Assembly: GCA_965199825.1 (NCBI GenBank)
Contig: OZ241329.1
Coordinates: 192,001-256,000, forward strand
From: Bdellovibrionales bacterium
GTDB lineage: Bacteria; Bdellovibrionota; Bdellovibrionia; Bdellovibrionales; UBA1609
DNA length: 64,000 bases
Direction of reading: 5' to 3'
Shown: positions 1-9,074 of the stretch, in pieces
Layout: each line of letters opens with the position of its first letter
Position numbering within the stretch: position 1 is the first letter of the stretch
Made by a program: the position numbers and the translations under genes
The notes under the pieces: model-generated
Seen by the model: the letters and a program-made list of their open reading frames with translations, nothing else
Told to the model about the DNA's origin: nothing
Database searches by the model: none

Positions 1-1231
1 AGCAATCACGAACCACCTTGTTGATTCGGTATTGGTCATTATCTCTGGTGAAAAAGCGATCGAGTCGGTCTTTGGAAACATGTTTTTCGATACCCTTGGA
101 AAAAAGTCCTGTGCGGGCTTTTTTGATGATCTCATCGCCAACATCGGTCCCATAAATTTTGATCGCGTATTTGGTTTTAGATTTTTGGAGGCATTCAAGA
201 AGGCCGATTGCTATCGTGTAGACCTCTTCCCCAGTAGAACAACCTGGAACCCAAATACGAATCTGTAAATCCTCTGCGTGATTTTTTATAATTTCTGGAA
301 AAACCTTGCTCTGCAAATATTCAAAAACTTCGGGGCCTCTAAAAAAATAAGTGACGTTAATAATAAAATCTTGAAAAAGCGCCTGCACCTCTTCGGGAGA
401 ACTTAAAAGCAGAGAGAGATAGTCCTTCATGCTGTCCATACTGTTCAGGAGCATTCGTCTTTTAAGGCGGCGTAAAATTGTCGGATGTTTATAAACCGAG
501 AAATCAGTACCTGTCTTTGATCGCACCGCCAAAAATATTTTTCTTAAGTGGCCTTCATCGTCTGGAGCTAGCTTTTCTGGATCTACAATTAGAAGCTTTT
601 TAAAACGAGGATTTTTAGCGATTCGCACAATTTCATCGACGATTCCGGCAACCGACAAGATGCGATCAGGATGATCAATCTTAATCGCCATCTTGGGCAT
701 ACCATCAAATTTTGCGGTTGGCGGATCTTGCACCAGTGAAATTCCTCCGGCCGCTTTGATTTCACAAATTCCTTGCGATCCGTCAGAGCCCGTCCCAGAA
801 AGAACAACACCCACCGCTAAGTTCGAATGATCGCGTGCCAGCGAGGATAAAAAAGTATCGACCAGACGATTTGTGCTTTCTTGTTTAGTCATGGAACGCA
901 GAGATAAAATACCGTTTAAGATTTCAAGAACCGAATTTGGCGGAATCACATAAATTTTGTTGGGCTCAACCTTCATTCCGTCTTCAATCTCTATGACGGG
1001 CATCTGAGTAGATCTTTGAAGTATAGCGGCCAACATACTCTCGTGCGTTGGCGAAAGGTGTTGAACCAAAACAAATGCACTTCCGGTATCGTCCGGCATG
1101 CGTTTGAAAAAATCAACGTAAGCCTCAAGTCCGCCAGCTGACGCGCCAATTCCAACGATCGGAAAATTGGTTACTTTAGAATCTGACTTCTTTTTAACGA
1201 TTCGCTTTTTCTTTTTGCTGGTTTTTTTCAA
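1..1231 (-). CDS. CheB methylesterase-CheR methyltransferase fusion (3' end runs off the window)
   Basis: Manual translation from TTG at 1231 gives FPIVGIGASAGG, FVLVQHL and VVLSGTGSDG (CheB), then DFSVYKHPTILRR, NVTYFFR and IRIWVPGCSTGEEVYT (CheR). It is absent from the ORF track because there is no stop in the window. Confidence 0.93.
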   Translation of the reverse strand, partial: MKKTSKKKKRIVKKKSDSKVTNFPIVGIGASAGGLEAYVDFFKRMPDDTGSAFVLVQHLSPTHESMLAAILQRSTQMPVIEIEDGMKVEPNKIYVIPPNSVLEILNGILSLRSMTKQESTNRLVDTFLSSLARDHSNLAVGVVLSGTGSDGSQGICEIKAAGGISLVQDPPTAKFDGMPKMAIKIDHPDRILSVAGIVDEIVRIAKNPRFKKLLIVDPEKLAPDDEGHLRKIFLAVRSKTGTDFSVYKHPTILRRLKRRMLLNSMDSMKDYLSLLLSSPEEVQALFQDFIINVTYFFRGPEVFEYLQSKVFPEIIKNHAEDLQIRIWVPGCSTGEEVYTIAIGLLECLQKSKTKYAIKIYGTDVGDEIIKKARTGLFSKGIEKHVSKDRLDRFFTRDNDQYRINKVVRDC

Positions 1232-1539
1232 AATGACCTTTTCTGTGCTTCGGTGCTGAACTCCAAAGTATTAAACTGACAATACATTTAACGATAGAGT
1301 GTGTTACGATAAAATCAAATGAAAGAGCTCAAATCAAAGGTGCATCTTGAGACGATGCGTTTGAGCTGTTCAATCTTTGGTAACTTGGTTCGATTTGTTA
1401 TAATAAATTCAATTTATACAGCAAAAAAATTTGAAAACTAAGATGCTTCAGATCAAAAACGACAAATCAAGTACTTAAAATTTATTTACAAACAAATTTT
1501 ATATTAATTGCCGGCTAGAGTGTGCGATGGGATTAAGAA

Positions 1540-2262
1540 TTACTGAATTGCCCTGATCAAGAGACGCTCACACTGCAAAACTTTGTTTGAGCGGAAATCT
1601 ATAAAGTGAAGAATTTTTGGAAAAAGACCTTTTGTTTTTTGAGTGATCACATCAAACTCACCCATTCCACCAAGCTGAACCCTGTATTGATGAGGAGTCG
1701 CGGTTGGCTTGGGAAGTTGTGCAAAAGAGCGATCGGTGACAAAGCCCTCATCAAACAAACTGATCCGAACGAGTTCACGATCAGAAGCTTTTTGTGGATC
1801 AGAAGGTAAAAAGGCATCAAAGATCAGCTCCTCAGATGAGCCGCCTAAATCCATAAATTTGAGCTGTGATAATCGGTTTTTTGCTGAAAATTTGAGGTTC
1901 ATGGTGTTTTGAAATTTTGTGCGGATTCGGTCAATAAGACTCCAATCTAATCGAAGCGAACCGTCTGCAACATTGTCATTGTAGTTTGCAACCGAACTAA
2001 ATTCTTCGACGGCTATGTCATTATAATCTTGAGGTCCTGCGCTCATCAGAACAAGAACTCGGTTCGACTGAAGGACCATCAGTTTTAAAAAATATTTCGA
2101 TTGAACGCCCGATAAAGCGTTGGACTGAAATATATAATTTTCTTTAAAAAAAGATCGGATCACCGAATATCTTGTGGAATTCATTGTGATGTTGATGGTC
2201 GTTTCGCCTACCGAATTTTGGGCAAATCCAAACGTTAAAAAAAAACAAAAAAAATTGATCAC
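1540..2262 (-). CDS. Secreted hypothetical protein (~240 aa), paralog of 4201..4959
   Basis: GTG at 2262 overlaps the upstream TGA (GTGA) and yields a signal-peptide-like N-terminus (VINFFCFFLTFGFAQ). It shares SLRxDxxLIDxIR, SQLK and DAFxxxDPxxAS with the 4201..4959 product. Confidence 0.75.
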   Translation of the reverse strand: MINFFCFFLTFGFAQNSVGETTINITMNSTRYSVIRSFFKENYIFQSNALSGVQSKYFLKLMVLQSNRVLVLMSAGPQDYNDIAVEEFSSVANYNDNVADGSLRLDWSLIDRIRTKFQNTMNLKFSAKNRLSQLKFMDLGGSSEELIFDAFLPSDPQKASDRELVRISLFDEGFVTDRSFAQLPKPTATPHQYRVQLGGMGEFDVITQKTKGLFPKILHFIDFRSNKVLQCERLLIRAIQ

Positions 2263-4175
2263 CGAATTTGTCCAAGTAAGTTGGAACAGCTGTCGGGATC
2301 TTCGAATAAAGCCAAATAAACTGCGGGGGTGATCTTTTCTTTTGCAAAAACTTGTTTGTCTTTCTTTTTCCAATTCTCAAAAAGTTCATCGGTTTTAGAG
2401 TTTAATATCTTTGCACTGACAAGGCCCTGATAAGCACGCAGAACGTAGTCGCTGTCATCGAGCAATTTGATATATTCCGCTTGGAGAAATTCGTTATTCT
2501 TTACCAGCGAACGACTCAAATAAAAGCGATATTCAAAATTGGGTTGACCACTGTTAACCAATCTTTGAGCGTCCACTGCTCGAAGAGGTTTTTTTTGGTA
2601 GTACCAGTTCATGTATTTGATCACCTGAACTAACACCTGCTCGTGCATTTCAAAAAGTTCATCCTGGGGTTGTGTTTGCAGGAGTCGAAAGCCCAGCTCC
2701 AATAATTTTTGATCATAAATACGATAATCTTGGGCGTAGCTTAAAAGATGAGCGAACAAGGCAAAGTCTTCTTTAGTTCCGGGCTCAAGCTGTTGGTTCA
2801 CGAGATCCTCAAAGTTTTTTTCATCCTCGTAGTCGAGCGACCGACGCTCACCCTTATTATCCCTAATCGCATTGAGCCGCTGACGGTTTAGTCGCAACGC
2901 TTGGGACAGTTTTTTATCTAAGTTTTCTTTGGTGTAAAGTTGCAAGGAAAGATTTGGGGCAAAAATAGTCGATGTTGAGAGGAGCTGCACATTATCCAGA
3001 ATTTTTTTTCGTTTATACATGTCCAGCTTAAGTCCTTTGACCAAATCTAGAGAGGCTAAAGCAGCAGGATCAAAGTTATTTAGATTTAAATTTGCCAATA
3101 CAAGAGGATGCACTTCCTTGTTCCGAGCAATAATATGATTCAAAAGTATTTGCCTAAAATCGAGCACCGAATCATCAACGTTTGAGAAAATATCTTTGGT
3201 GGTAGTAAGAAAATATTTAAAGTTGGGATACGTAGGCTCAACTTTCAAGAGCAAAATGCCTACTTCCTTTCGTAAAACTTGAAGCGCAATTTTTACCTTT
3301 AAGGATGCCCGCTTGATGGGGGTAAAATAAAGAACCGAAACCAAGCCGCGTAAAAAAGAGGAATCGACCGATACTAAAGTCTTATCAGCAACTCTTACCA
3401 AATTTGTTAGCTGTTCAATTTTTGATGCAGTACTCAATTCTAATTTCAGCTCAGGACCCAAAATATCGCGCAAATATTGAGAAATCACCGAAGGCTTATT
3501 CAATTGCTTTTCTGTGTTCAGAAATTTTTTAGAGCACTCCTCAATCAATTGGTCTGCCAGGCTCGGCGGAGGATTTTCGAGTCGGCGCTTCACTTCAGGT
3601 TTGAGATCATAAATATCAAAGTTGGTTTGAATCTTTAAAAGATACTGACCCAGTTTAAAGCGTTGATCCTGGTCAGATGGTGAAATTAAACATAAGGCAT
3701 CGCGCACCCTTGGATACTCAGGATTGAGCAACTGCAAAAAGGCATTGACCAAATCGAGATCCCGAAGTGCGGTGACTCGATAATATAAAACGGGTCCGGG
3801 ATTGTCATTGTGGGCGGTGAATTTAGGATTGCTCCGAGGTTTATCGGTAAAAACACCGGTCACATATTTTGAAGGTATGTCACCGCGATTTTTTGCATTT
3901 ATTCTGAGGTGAGGTGCTGCAAGTGATATTGAAAGCATCTCAACAATGTCGACTAAAGCCTGATTTCCATCACCTTCATAGAGTTCATCAATTAAGTGCC
4001 AAATATATGCGGGCTTATTTAAAGGCCCAACATATTTTCGATCGATCGAATTTGCACGGCGAACCATTGCGAGAGGCGAACGTTTGAGCTGTTCTTGTTG
4101 GAAGACACCAACATTTGTGGCGTTGGCAAAAAAGCAAAACACGAAAAGCGGCAGAAACTTAAATTGTGATGGCAT
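2259..4175 (-). CDS. Secreted hypothetical protein, 638 aa, probably alpha-helical
   Basis: Long ORF with a signal peptide (MPSQFKFLPLFVFCFFANA) and C-terminal CSNLL. No family recognised. Confidence 0.8.
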   Translation of the reverse strand: MPSQFKFLPLFVFCFFANATNVGVFQQEQLKRSPLAMVRRANSIDRKYVGPLNKPAYIWHLIDELYEGDGNQALVDIVEMLSISLAAPHLRINAKNRGDIPSKYVTGVFTDKPRSNPKFTAHNDNPGPVLYYRVTALRDLDLVNAFLQLLNPEYPRVRDALCLISPSDQDQRFKLGQYLLKIQTNFDIYDLKPEVKRRLENPPPSLADQLIEECSKKFLNTEKQLNKPSVISQYLRDILGPELKLELSTASKIEQLTNLVRVADKTLVSVDSSFLRGLVSVLYFTPIKRASLKVKIALQVLRKEVGILLLKVEPTYPNFKYFLTTTKDIFSNVDDSVLDFRQILLNHIIARNKEVHPLVLANLNLNNFDPAALASLDLVKGLKLDMYKRKKILDNVQLLSTSTIFAPNLSLQLYTKENLDKKLSQALRLNRQRLNAIRDNKGERRSLDYEDEKNFEDLVNQQLEPGTKEDFALFAHLLSYAQDYRIYDQKLLELGFRLLQTQPQDELFEMHEQVLVQVIKYMNWYYQKKPLRAVDAQRLVNSGQPNFEYRFYLSRSLVKNNEFLQAEYIKLLDDSDYVLRAYQGLVSAKILNSKTDELFENWKKKDKQVFAKEKITPAVYLALFEDPDSCSNLLGQIR

Positions 4176-4186
4176 AGAGGGGGTTT

Positions 4187-4202
4187 AGCAAACAACGTGC
4201 CT
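4187..4202 (-). promoter_or_regulatory. Putative sigma54 (-24/-12) promoter
   Basis: Minus strand reads AGGCACGTTGTTTGCT (GG-N10-GC), 12 nt before the ATG at 4175, with no SD. Confidence 0.65.
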
Positions 4203-4959
4203 AACGGTTTAAGATTTGTTCGCAGATAAAAACACTGCTGTTATCGACAGTTTTAAAGAACAAAACATCTGGAATATTAATCCGAATTTTCTCGCCCAGT
4301 GACGAAAAATAATGCTCCGATTGATTTTTAAAAATGACCACAAACTCGCCAATCCGCGAGAATTTTACAAGGTAGCGTTGATCGTGCTCAAGGGGTCCGT
4401 GGAGGTTATTTTCTTCCGGGGTGAGCTCACGAATCGATTCGACAAAGTTATGATCTCTAAAAAATCCCGCATTTAAGAGTCCTAAGCGAGCAAGCTCTAA
4501 GGGTGAGGCTTGGGTGGGATCACCTTTCATAAAGGCATCATAAATACGTAACTGGGGATTTAAAACTTTAAGTTGAGAAAATCGTTTTAAGGCAACCGCT
4601 TGAATTTGTTTTTGTGATGGATGTGTTTCACGGATTTGGTCAATCAAATCATAATCAATTCTGAGAGACCGATCGCTCACAGTTTTATTGTATTCATACA
4701 TATTATTAAAATTGATCTCAAAGAATCCAGGCTTTTGGCTTATAAAAATGATCCGAACTTTATTGTCTGGAAAGATAATCACACGTTCAAATTCTCGAGA
4801 TGGAACAGAGGCTTCTTTTAAAAATGTATCACTCAAAAAAGTTTTTGTGTGATGATAAGCGAGTCGCTCCCCACGAATTTCAATCTTGGGTTGGTCATCA
4901 ATTTCGTTCGGCAACAAACCAAAACAAAAATTTAAGAAGAGAAAAAGCAAAGTGCTCAT
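4201..4959 (-). CDS. Secreted hypothetical protein, 252 aa, paralog of 1540..2262
   Basis: Hydrophobic N-terminus, motifs shared with the paralog, C-terminal CEQIL. Confidence 0.8.
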   Translation of the reverse strand: MSTLLFLFLNFCFGLLPNEIDDQPKIEIRGERLAYHHTKTFLSDTFLKEASVPSREFERVIIFPDNKVRIIFISQKPGFFEINFNNMYEYNKTVSDRSLRIDYDLIDQIRETHPSQKQIQAVALKRFSQLKVLNPQLRIYDAFMKGDPTQASPLELARLGLLNAGFFRDHNFVESIRELTPEENNLHGPLEHDQRYLVKFSRIGEFVVIFKNQSEHYFSSLGEKIRINIPDVLFFKTVDNSSVFICEQILNR

Positions 4960-4964
4960 TGGCG

Positions 4965-5447
4965 TTAGAGATCAATGGTGTTGTCGGGAGAAATTCGGCG
5001 CTCAAAATTTTCGCGATAAAAATGTGTCATACGATTCACCAGCTCCAACGCATGTTGATCAAAAGTTTTTTTGCTGTTTTTAATCGTGTACTCGATTTTT
5101 TGCAAACAACTCAAATCTAAACACAATATGACACCAATTGTTGTTCGCGAATTCAAAGCAATCGTGAGCAAATCAATCTGATCGGCGGGCCCGTAGGCAT
5201 GACACCAATCACAAAGCCTCCCTGTTTGGGTGTCCTTTTGATGATGGTTTCGTTTAAACACGATCCCGCAAAGTTGATTTTCATGAGGAAAAACCAAATA
5301 GCGATGGGCTCCCGAAGGCTCGCTCCAAGTGAGGTAGTATTCGAATTCAAAGGGGAATATGAATTTCTTGGGCAGTTCGACATGCTTTCGGTCGCGCAGT
5401 CGAAAAGCTTTGATTAAGGCTCTATCAGATAAAATCCGAGTGATCAT
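4965..5447 (-). CDS. FBP_C (FusB-like treble-clef zinc finger) domain protein
   Basis: YLTWSEP...YLVF...GIVF, CDWC and TIGVILCLDLSC match the standalone FBP C-terminal zinc-finger pattern. Confidence 0.75.
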   Translation of the reverse strand: MITRILSDRALIKAFRLRDRKHVELPKKFIFPFEFEYYLTWSEPSGAHRYLVFPHENQLCGIVFKRNHHQKDTQTGRLCDWCHAYGPADQIDLLTIALNSRTTIGVILCLDLSCLQKIEYTIKNSKKTFDQHALELVNRMTHFYRENFERRISPDNTIDL

Positions 5448-5473
5448 AAACTGCAGTTTTACATAAAAAACTT

Positions 5474-6643
5474 TTATACGACAGAAAAGTTTGGCAACTG
5501 GAGTTGCCTTTGTTTTGCCAAGTTTTGGGCCGCCACACTGTAGCCGCCGTCGCTCCCATCAATCAGATGGATATGGCCACCCTGGTTAAGATTTTCAACC
5601 AAACAGGTCATCAACGCATGCGACGAAACAAAAGTGCCGTAGAAAATTTCTCCCCGCTCGTACAAAACATGAAGAAGAGTTTCGACCGCCACAATTTCGT
5701 TCTTTGAGCAATCCAGCACCAAGCGCAATGTGTCGTCGTACTTTCGATAATCAGAATGGTTTGAAAGTCCATTGATATAGGCCTTGGCATCAAATGGAAC
5801 AGGTAAACCAAAACGAAATGCCCATTGGCACACCAAAATTTGGGTCAGTCGACCCAATGCCTGCATCGAAAATTTATTTTCGATCAATCTCCATTCTTTG
5901 CGAATCGATGCGAAGAAACCCTGATAACGAAAACTTTTTTGCGAAACTGGGTTGGCAATATCGAGATCGCCACCAAATATTTTTTTAAACTCTAAAAGTA
6001 AATTTTCAAAAATTTTTGTGCTGTCAAAAAGTCGGGGCTGTACAAGTAATGACAACATCTGCCCCCGTTGCGAGGCCAGCGGCTGCCAACGACAAGATAA
6101 GGAGTTTAATGCGAGCCCCGAAATTTCTTGAGCTGCTTTGATGCTGTATTTTCGTGGGCTGGATTTAATTGTGTATTCGGCCCAGGCAAGCCCACCCCCA
6201 CGAATAAAGGCGGTGCACTTTCCACTGGCGCCATCAAATTTTGCGACCTCGAGCTTTGATCCTGAACTTTTGATTTCTTGTACACTCACCACACCAACAC
6301 GAAGTTCGATATCAAATTGCTTGATACAAAACAGTTTGTATTGAGCCAATTTTTTTTTGATTTCATCGATCTGACTGGGAGCGATCAAAAAGCTTGCACC
6401 GTCGCCACCAAACACAAAGGCCAATTCGTCAGAGGGCATTACAGATTGGACAACCACAATTGCGCCCGCACCAATGGTGTTGACGTCGCGATATTTTCCT
6501 AAGGAAATATGCTGAGTCGATTTTTCGACATCACAGATCACCACGAACCAATCGTTTGGGACCTCAGTATAAATACGGTCTGTTGAGAGAAGATCAAAAT
6601 TAGAAAAAGATTTTAAATTTTTATAAAAATCATTAAGGCCCAA
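5474..6643 (-). CDS. DUF3095 family protein (nucleotidyl-cyclase-like)
   Basis: Motifs VPNDWFVVICDVEKST, YRDVNTIGA, FVFGGDGA, LSCRW, SDYRKYDDTLR and HIHLIDGSDGGY. Probable TTG start at 6643 after GGGGGA; the ORF track starts at 6691. Confidence 0.85.
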   Translation of the reverse strand: MGLNDFYKNLKSFSNFDLLSTDRIYTEVPNDWFVVICDVEKSTQHISLGKYRDVNTIGAGAIVVVQSVMPSDELAFVFGGDGASFLIAPSQIDEIKKKLAQYKLFCIKQFDIELRVGVVSVQEIKSSGSKLEVAKFDGASGKCTAFIRGGGLAWAEYTIKSSPRKYSIKAAQEISGLALNSLSCRWQPLASQRGQMLSLLVQPRLFDSTKIFENLLLEFKKIFGGDLDIANPVSQKSFRYQGFFASIRKEWRLIENKFSMQALGRLTQILVCQWAFRFGLPVPFDAKAYINGLSNHSDYRKYDDTLRLVLDCSKNEIVAVETLLHVLYERGEIFYGTFVSSHALMTCLVENLNQGGHIHLIDGSDGGYSVAAQNLAKQRQLQLPNFSVV

Positions 6644-9074
6644 CCGTTCCCCCGTATGCTGATCCGTTAGCAACTGGACTTCCTCCAACATACAAAGTTC
6701 CAGCCGATCCTGATGTGGATGTGTCTTGAGTGTGTACCGTGTTGCTATTTAAGGAAAGGCTAGAAGTGTAAAGGGAATAACCGCTAAGATAAATTGATCC
6801 AGCCGCTAAAACAAAGGGCGTATTGTTTGCGGTCACATCACTGGTCAAAACAACTTGTGAACTTAAATTGTTCACTGTTAGTGTTCCCGTCGGAACGTTG
6901 TTCGAATACACTGCACTAAAATTTTGCACTCCGCTGCCAACAAAGATTAAATTGCTTGAGCTCTGAATTGTGCCACCAATGCTGACATCTTTGGAAACCT
7001 GAATGGTTCCACCATTGAGGTATGGACCATAATTTCCACTGGTCAGAGCAAGATTTCCCGCCACATTTAGGGTTCCGCTCAAGCTTATTGCTGAGCAATA
7101 CGACCCGTCCACTGAGACATTGTTATAGATCTGGTTACCAGGATTGAAGGTGATGTAACCGGAGTTTAAATAACAACCGCCGAATTTGAGAGTGGACCCC
7201 GCAGCACTAATTGTTCCCGATGTGTAGGTAAACCCATCAGTCACTGCGACAGTTCCAGACAAAGTTGTGGTTCCTGAAGAAGCCACTTCTAAATTAGGGA
7301 AGGACCCATTTCCCGAAATGGTTTGGTTCACACCGATTGCGCGAACTAAACCACTTCCGCCATTGAGTGCATAACCCAAAAACGAGATATTGCCCTTCAC
7401 ATTGACGGTGCCACTATTCAATTTGGGAAAAAAATTACTTCCATCCACATTGAAGTCTCCATCGATTGCCCAAGTGTTCACAATGTCGGCCTGGCCTCCG
7501 TAGCTAAGATCAAGATGAACATTGTTAAATACATTATTTGCAACATCATACGTGTGAGCAACCGGCCCATTAGGAACATTGAATAAACAAGAATTATTTG
7601 TGAAAGTTGAATTTGCAAATGTCACACTCCCGCCAACCTGCAGAGTGCCACTCGACGCCTTGTAGCTCCCGCCTCTTACACGTAAATCCCTATTCATCGT
7701 GGTGTTAAATCCAGTTGCACCAATATAATTTCCTGAGAGCTGCACCCAGTCGGTTTCGATCGTGGAGGAGAAATTTCCCTGAGTGATTGTTCCTGAATAA
7801 TTTGAGGCCATGCGAACACCACCCACATCGATCGCCGAATCAATCGTTGGTGAACAATTAGAAACGCAAGTTCCATCAAACAAAGCGACAGCCGAAGAAT
7901 TCGGAGGGTTCCCTCCCGACCAGTTTGCTCCTACTCCCCACCCAGGAGTGCCACTCCCCCCTGTCCAAACAAAGGGGTTGGTCGTGATGTTTTCGGTTTG
8001 AGTGCCTGGGACATAACCCGACATTGCAGCTGTGACAGTGAGAGGTCCTGTGGACGATGGTAGAAAATAAAACGGTGCCGATGAAGTCGACCGAGCAGCT
8101 ATGGAAAGATTGCTTATCGAGTTGTTGCAATCCGAATCAGAATAAAATGAAAGACCTGACCCACTGAGATTCAAGGTCTGTGGACTTGCAGAAGTGACAT
8201 TGACACTCGCAGAAATGGCACCTGAGCATAAACCGTTCGCAACGGTTTGCGGTGCTCCAGTTAATTTCACCGCGGCAACTGGAGGTACAAAAATTCCGCA
8301 AGAGGTCCCAATACCAAAGAGCTGCTGCATTTGTGAAAGGGTAAGAGCCTGAGTGACTGACACCGCAACTTCGGCAATCGACCCGCCAAAATAATTACTT
8401 GAAGGCTGATTGGGCCAACTGCCGATGTTGTCGTATCCGATATGAAGATACCCAGTATAGTTCTGTCCAGTGGTCACAGAGTTTGTACTGACGTCACTTC
8501 CGTCGATACTTAAAAGCATACCGGAGGGTCCCATGCTTGCGGCCACCATGTGCCAATTGTTATCATTGTAAGTTAAGCTCGAGCTCAAAGTCGTAACGTT
8601 ACCATCGTACACGCCAAACAAAATGTTGCCATTGTTTGTCATATAGATGTGTCGATCATAGTTGCTGGAACTTATGATCCCATCTCCATAGCCGATTATT
8701 TTTCCACCATTTGTGGTCGATGTTTTAAACCACATGACAAAGCTAAATACGTTTGGCGCCTGATAGGCAGAAAATGTCGGAACAAAACTCGCTGACCCAT
8801 CCAATAAAATTGATTCGGACGGCATAACCAATGGCCCCGGCAGATGACGAATGATGGAATTGTAATAAAACCCTTGAGTTACTCCTAAGAGATCTGATGC
8901 AAAGGGTGGCGAAGGGTCTGAAAATCGCCAATAACTAGTAAATCCTAAAGAAGGGATAAGGCCTTGATAGGAGTTGCACACATTTTGTGAGAGGTTCAGG
9001 CTTGCGCCTGGTCCCGCATAAACAAATTGAGTTGATGTGAATAGGGCAAGCGCTATCAGTGATTTACGAAGCAT
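6633..9074 (-). CDS. Secreted LamG/concanavalin-A-like lectin plus beta-helix protein (~813 aa); partner of fibre 1
   Basis: ATG at 9074 overlaps the fibre TAA (TAATG). Signal peptide MLRKSLIALALFTSTQFVYA, LamG-like FSFVMWFKT...YDRHIYM...NDNNWHMVA...FGGSIAEVAV, then WTGG...NWSGG and a G/N/S-rich beta-solenoid. Confidence 0.85.
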   Translation of the reverse strand: MLRKSLIALALFTSTQFVYAGPGASLNLSQNVCNSYQGLIPSLGFTSYWRFSDPSPPFASDLLGVTQGFYYNSIIRHLPGPLVMPSESILLDGSASFVPTFSAYQAPNVFSFVMWFKTSTTNGGKIIGYGDGIISSSNYDRHIYMTNNGNILFGVYDGNVTTLSSSLTYNDNNWHMVAASMGPSGMLLSIDGSDVSTNSVTTGQNYTGYLHIGYDNIGSWPNQPSSNYFGGSIAEVAVSVTQALTLSQMQQLFGIGTSCGIFVPPVAAVKLTGAPQTVANGLCSGAISASVNVTSASPQTLNLSGSGLSFYSDSDCNNSISNLSIAARSTSSAPFYFLPSSTGPLTVTAAMSGYVPGTQTENITTNPFVWTGGSGTPGWGVGANWSGGNPPNSSAVALFDGTCVSNCSPTIDSAIDVGGVRMASNYSGTITQGNFSSTIETDWVQLSGNYIGATGFNTTMNRDLRVRGGSYKASSGTLQVGGSVTFANSTFTNNSCLFNVPNGPVAHTYDVANNVFNNVHLDLSYGGQADIVNTWAIDGDFNVDGSNFFPKLNSGTVNVKGNISFLGYALNGGSGLVRAIGVNQTISGNGSFPNLEVASSGTTTLSGTVAVTDGFTYTSGTISAAGSTLKFGGCYLNSGYITFNPGNQIYNNVSVDGSYCSAISLSGTLNVAGNLALTSGNYGPYLNGGTIQVSKDVSIGGTIQSSSNLIFVGSGVQNFSAVYSNNVPTGTLTVNNLSSQVVLTSDVTANNTPFVLAAGSIYLSGYSLYTSSLSLNSNTVHTQDTSTSGSAGTLYVGGSPVANGSAYGGTVGP

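Noticed and set aside
32..810. Small ORFs 32..268 and 589..810
   Set aside because: They overlap the CheB-CheR reading frame, which has clear motifs.
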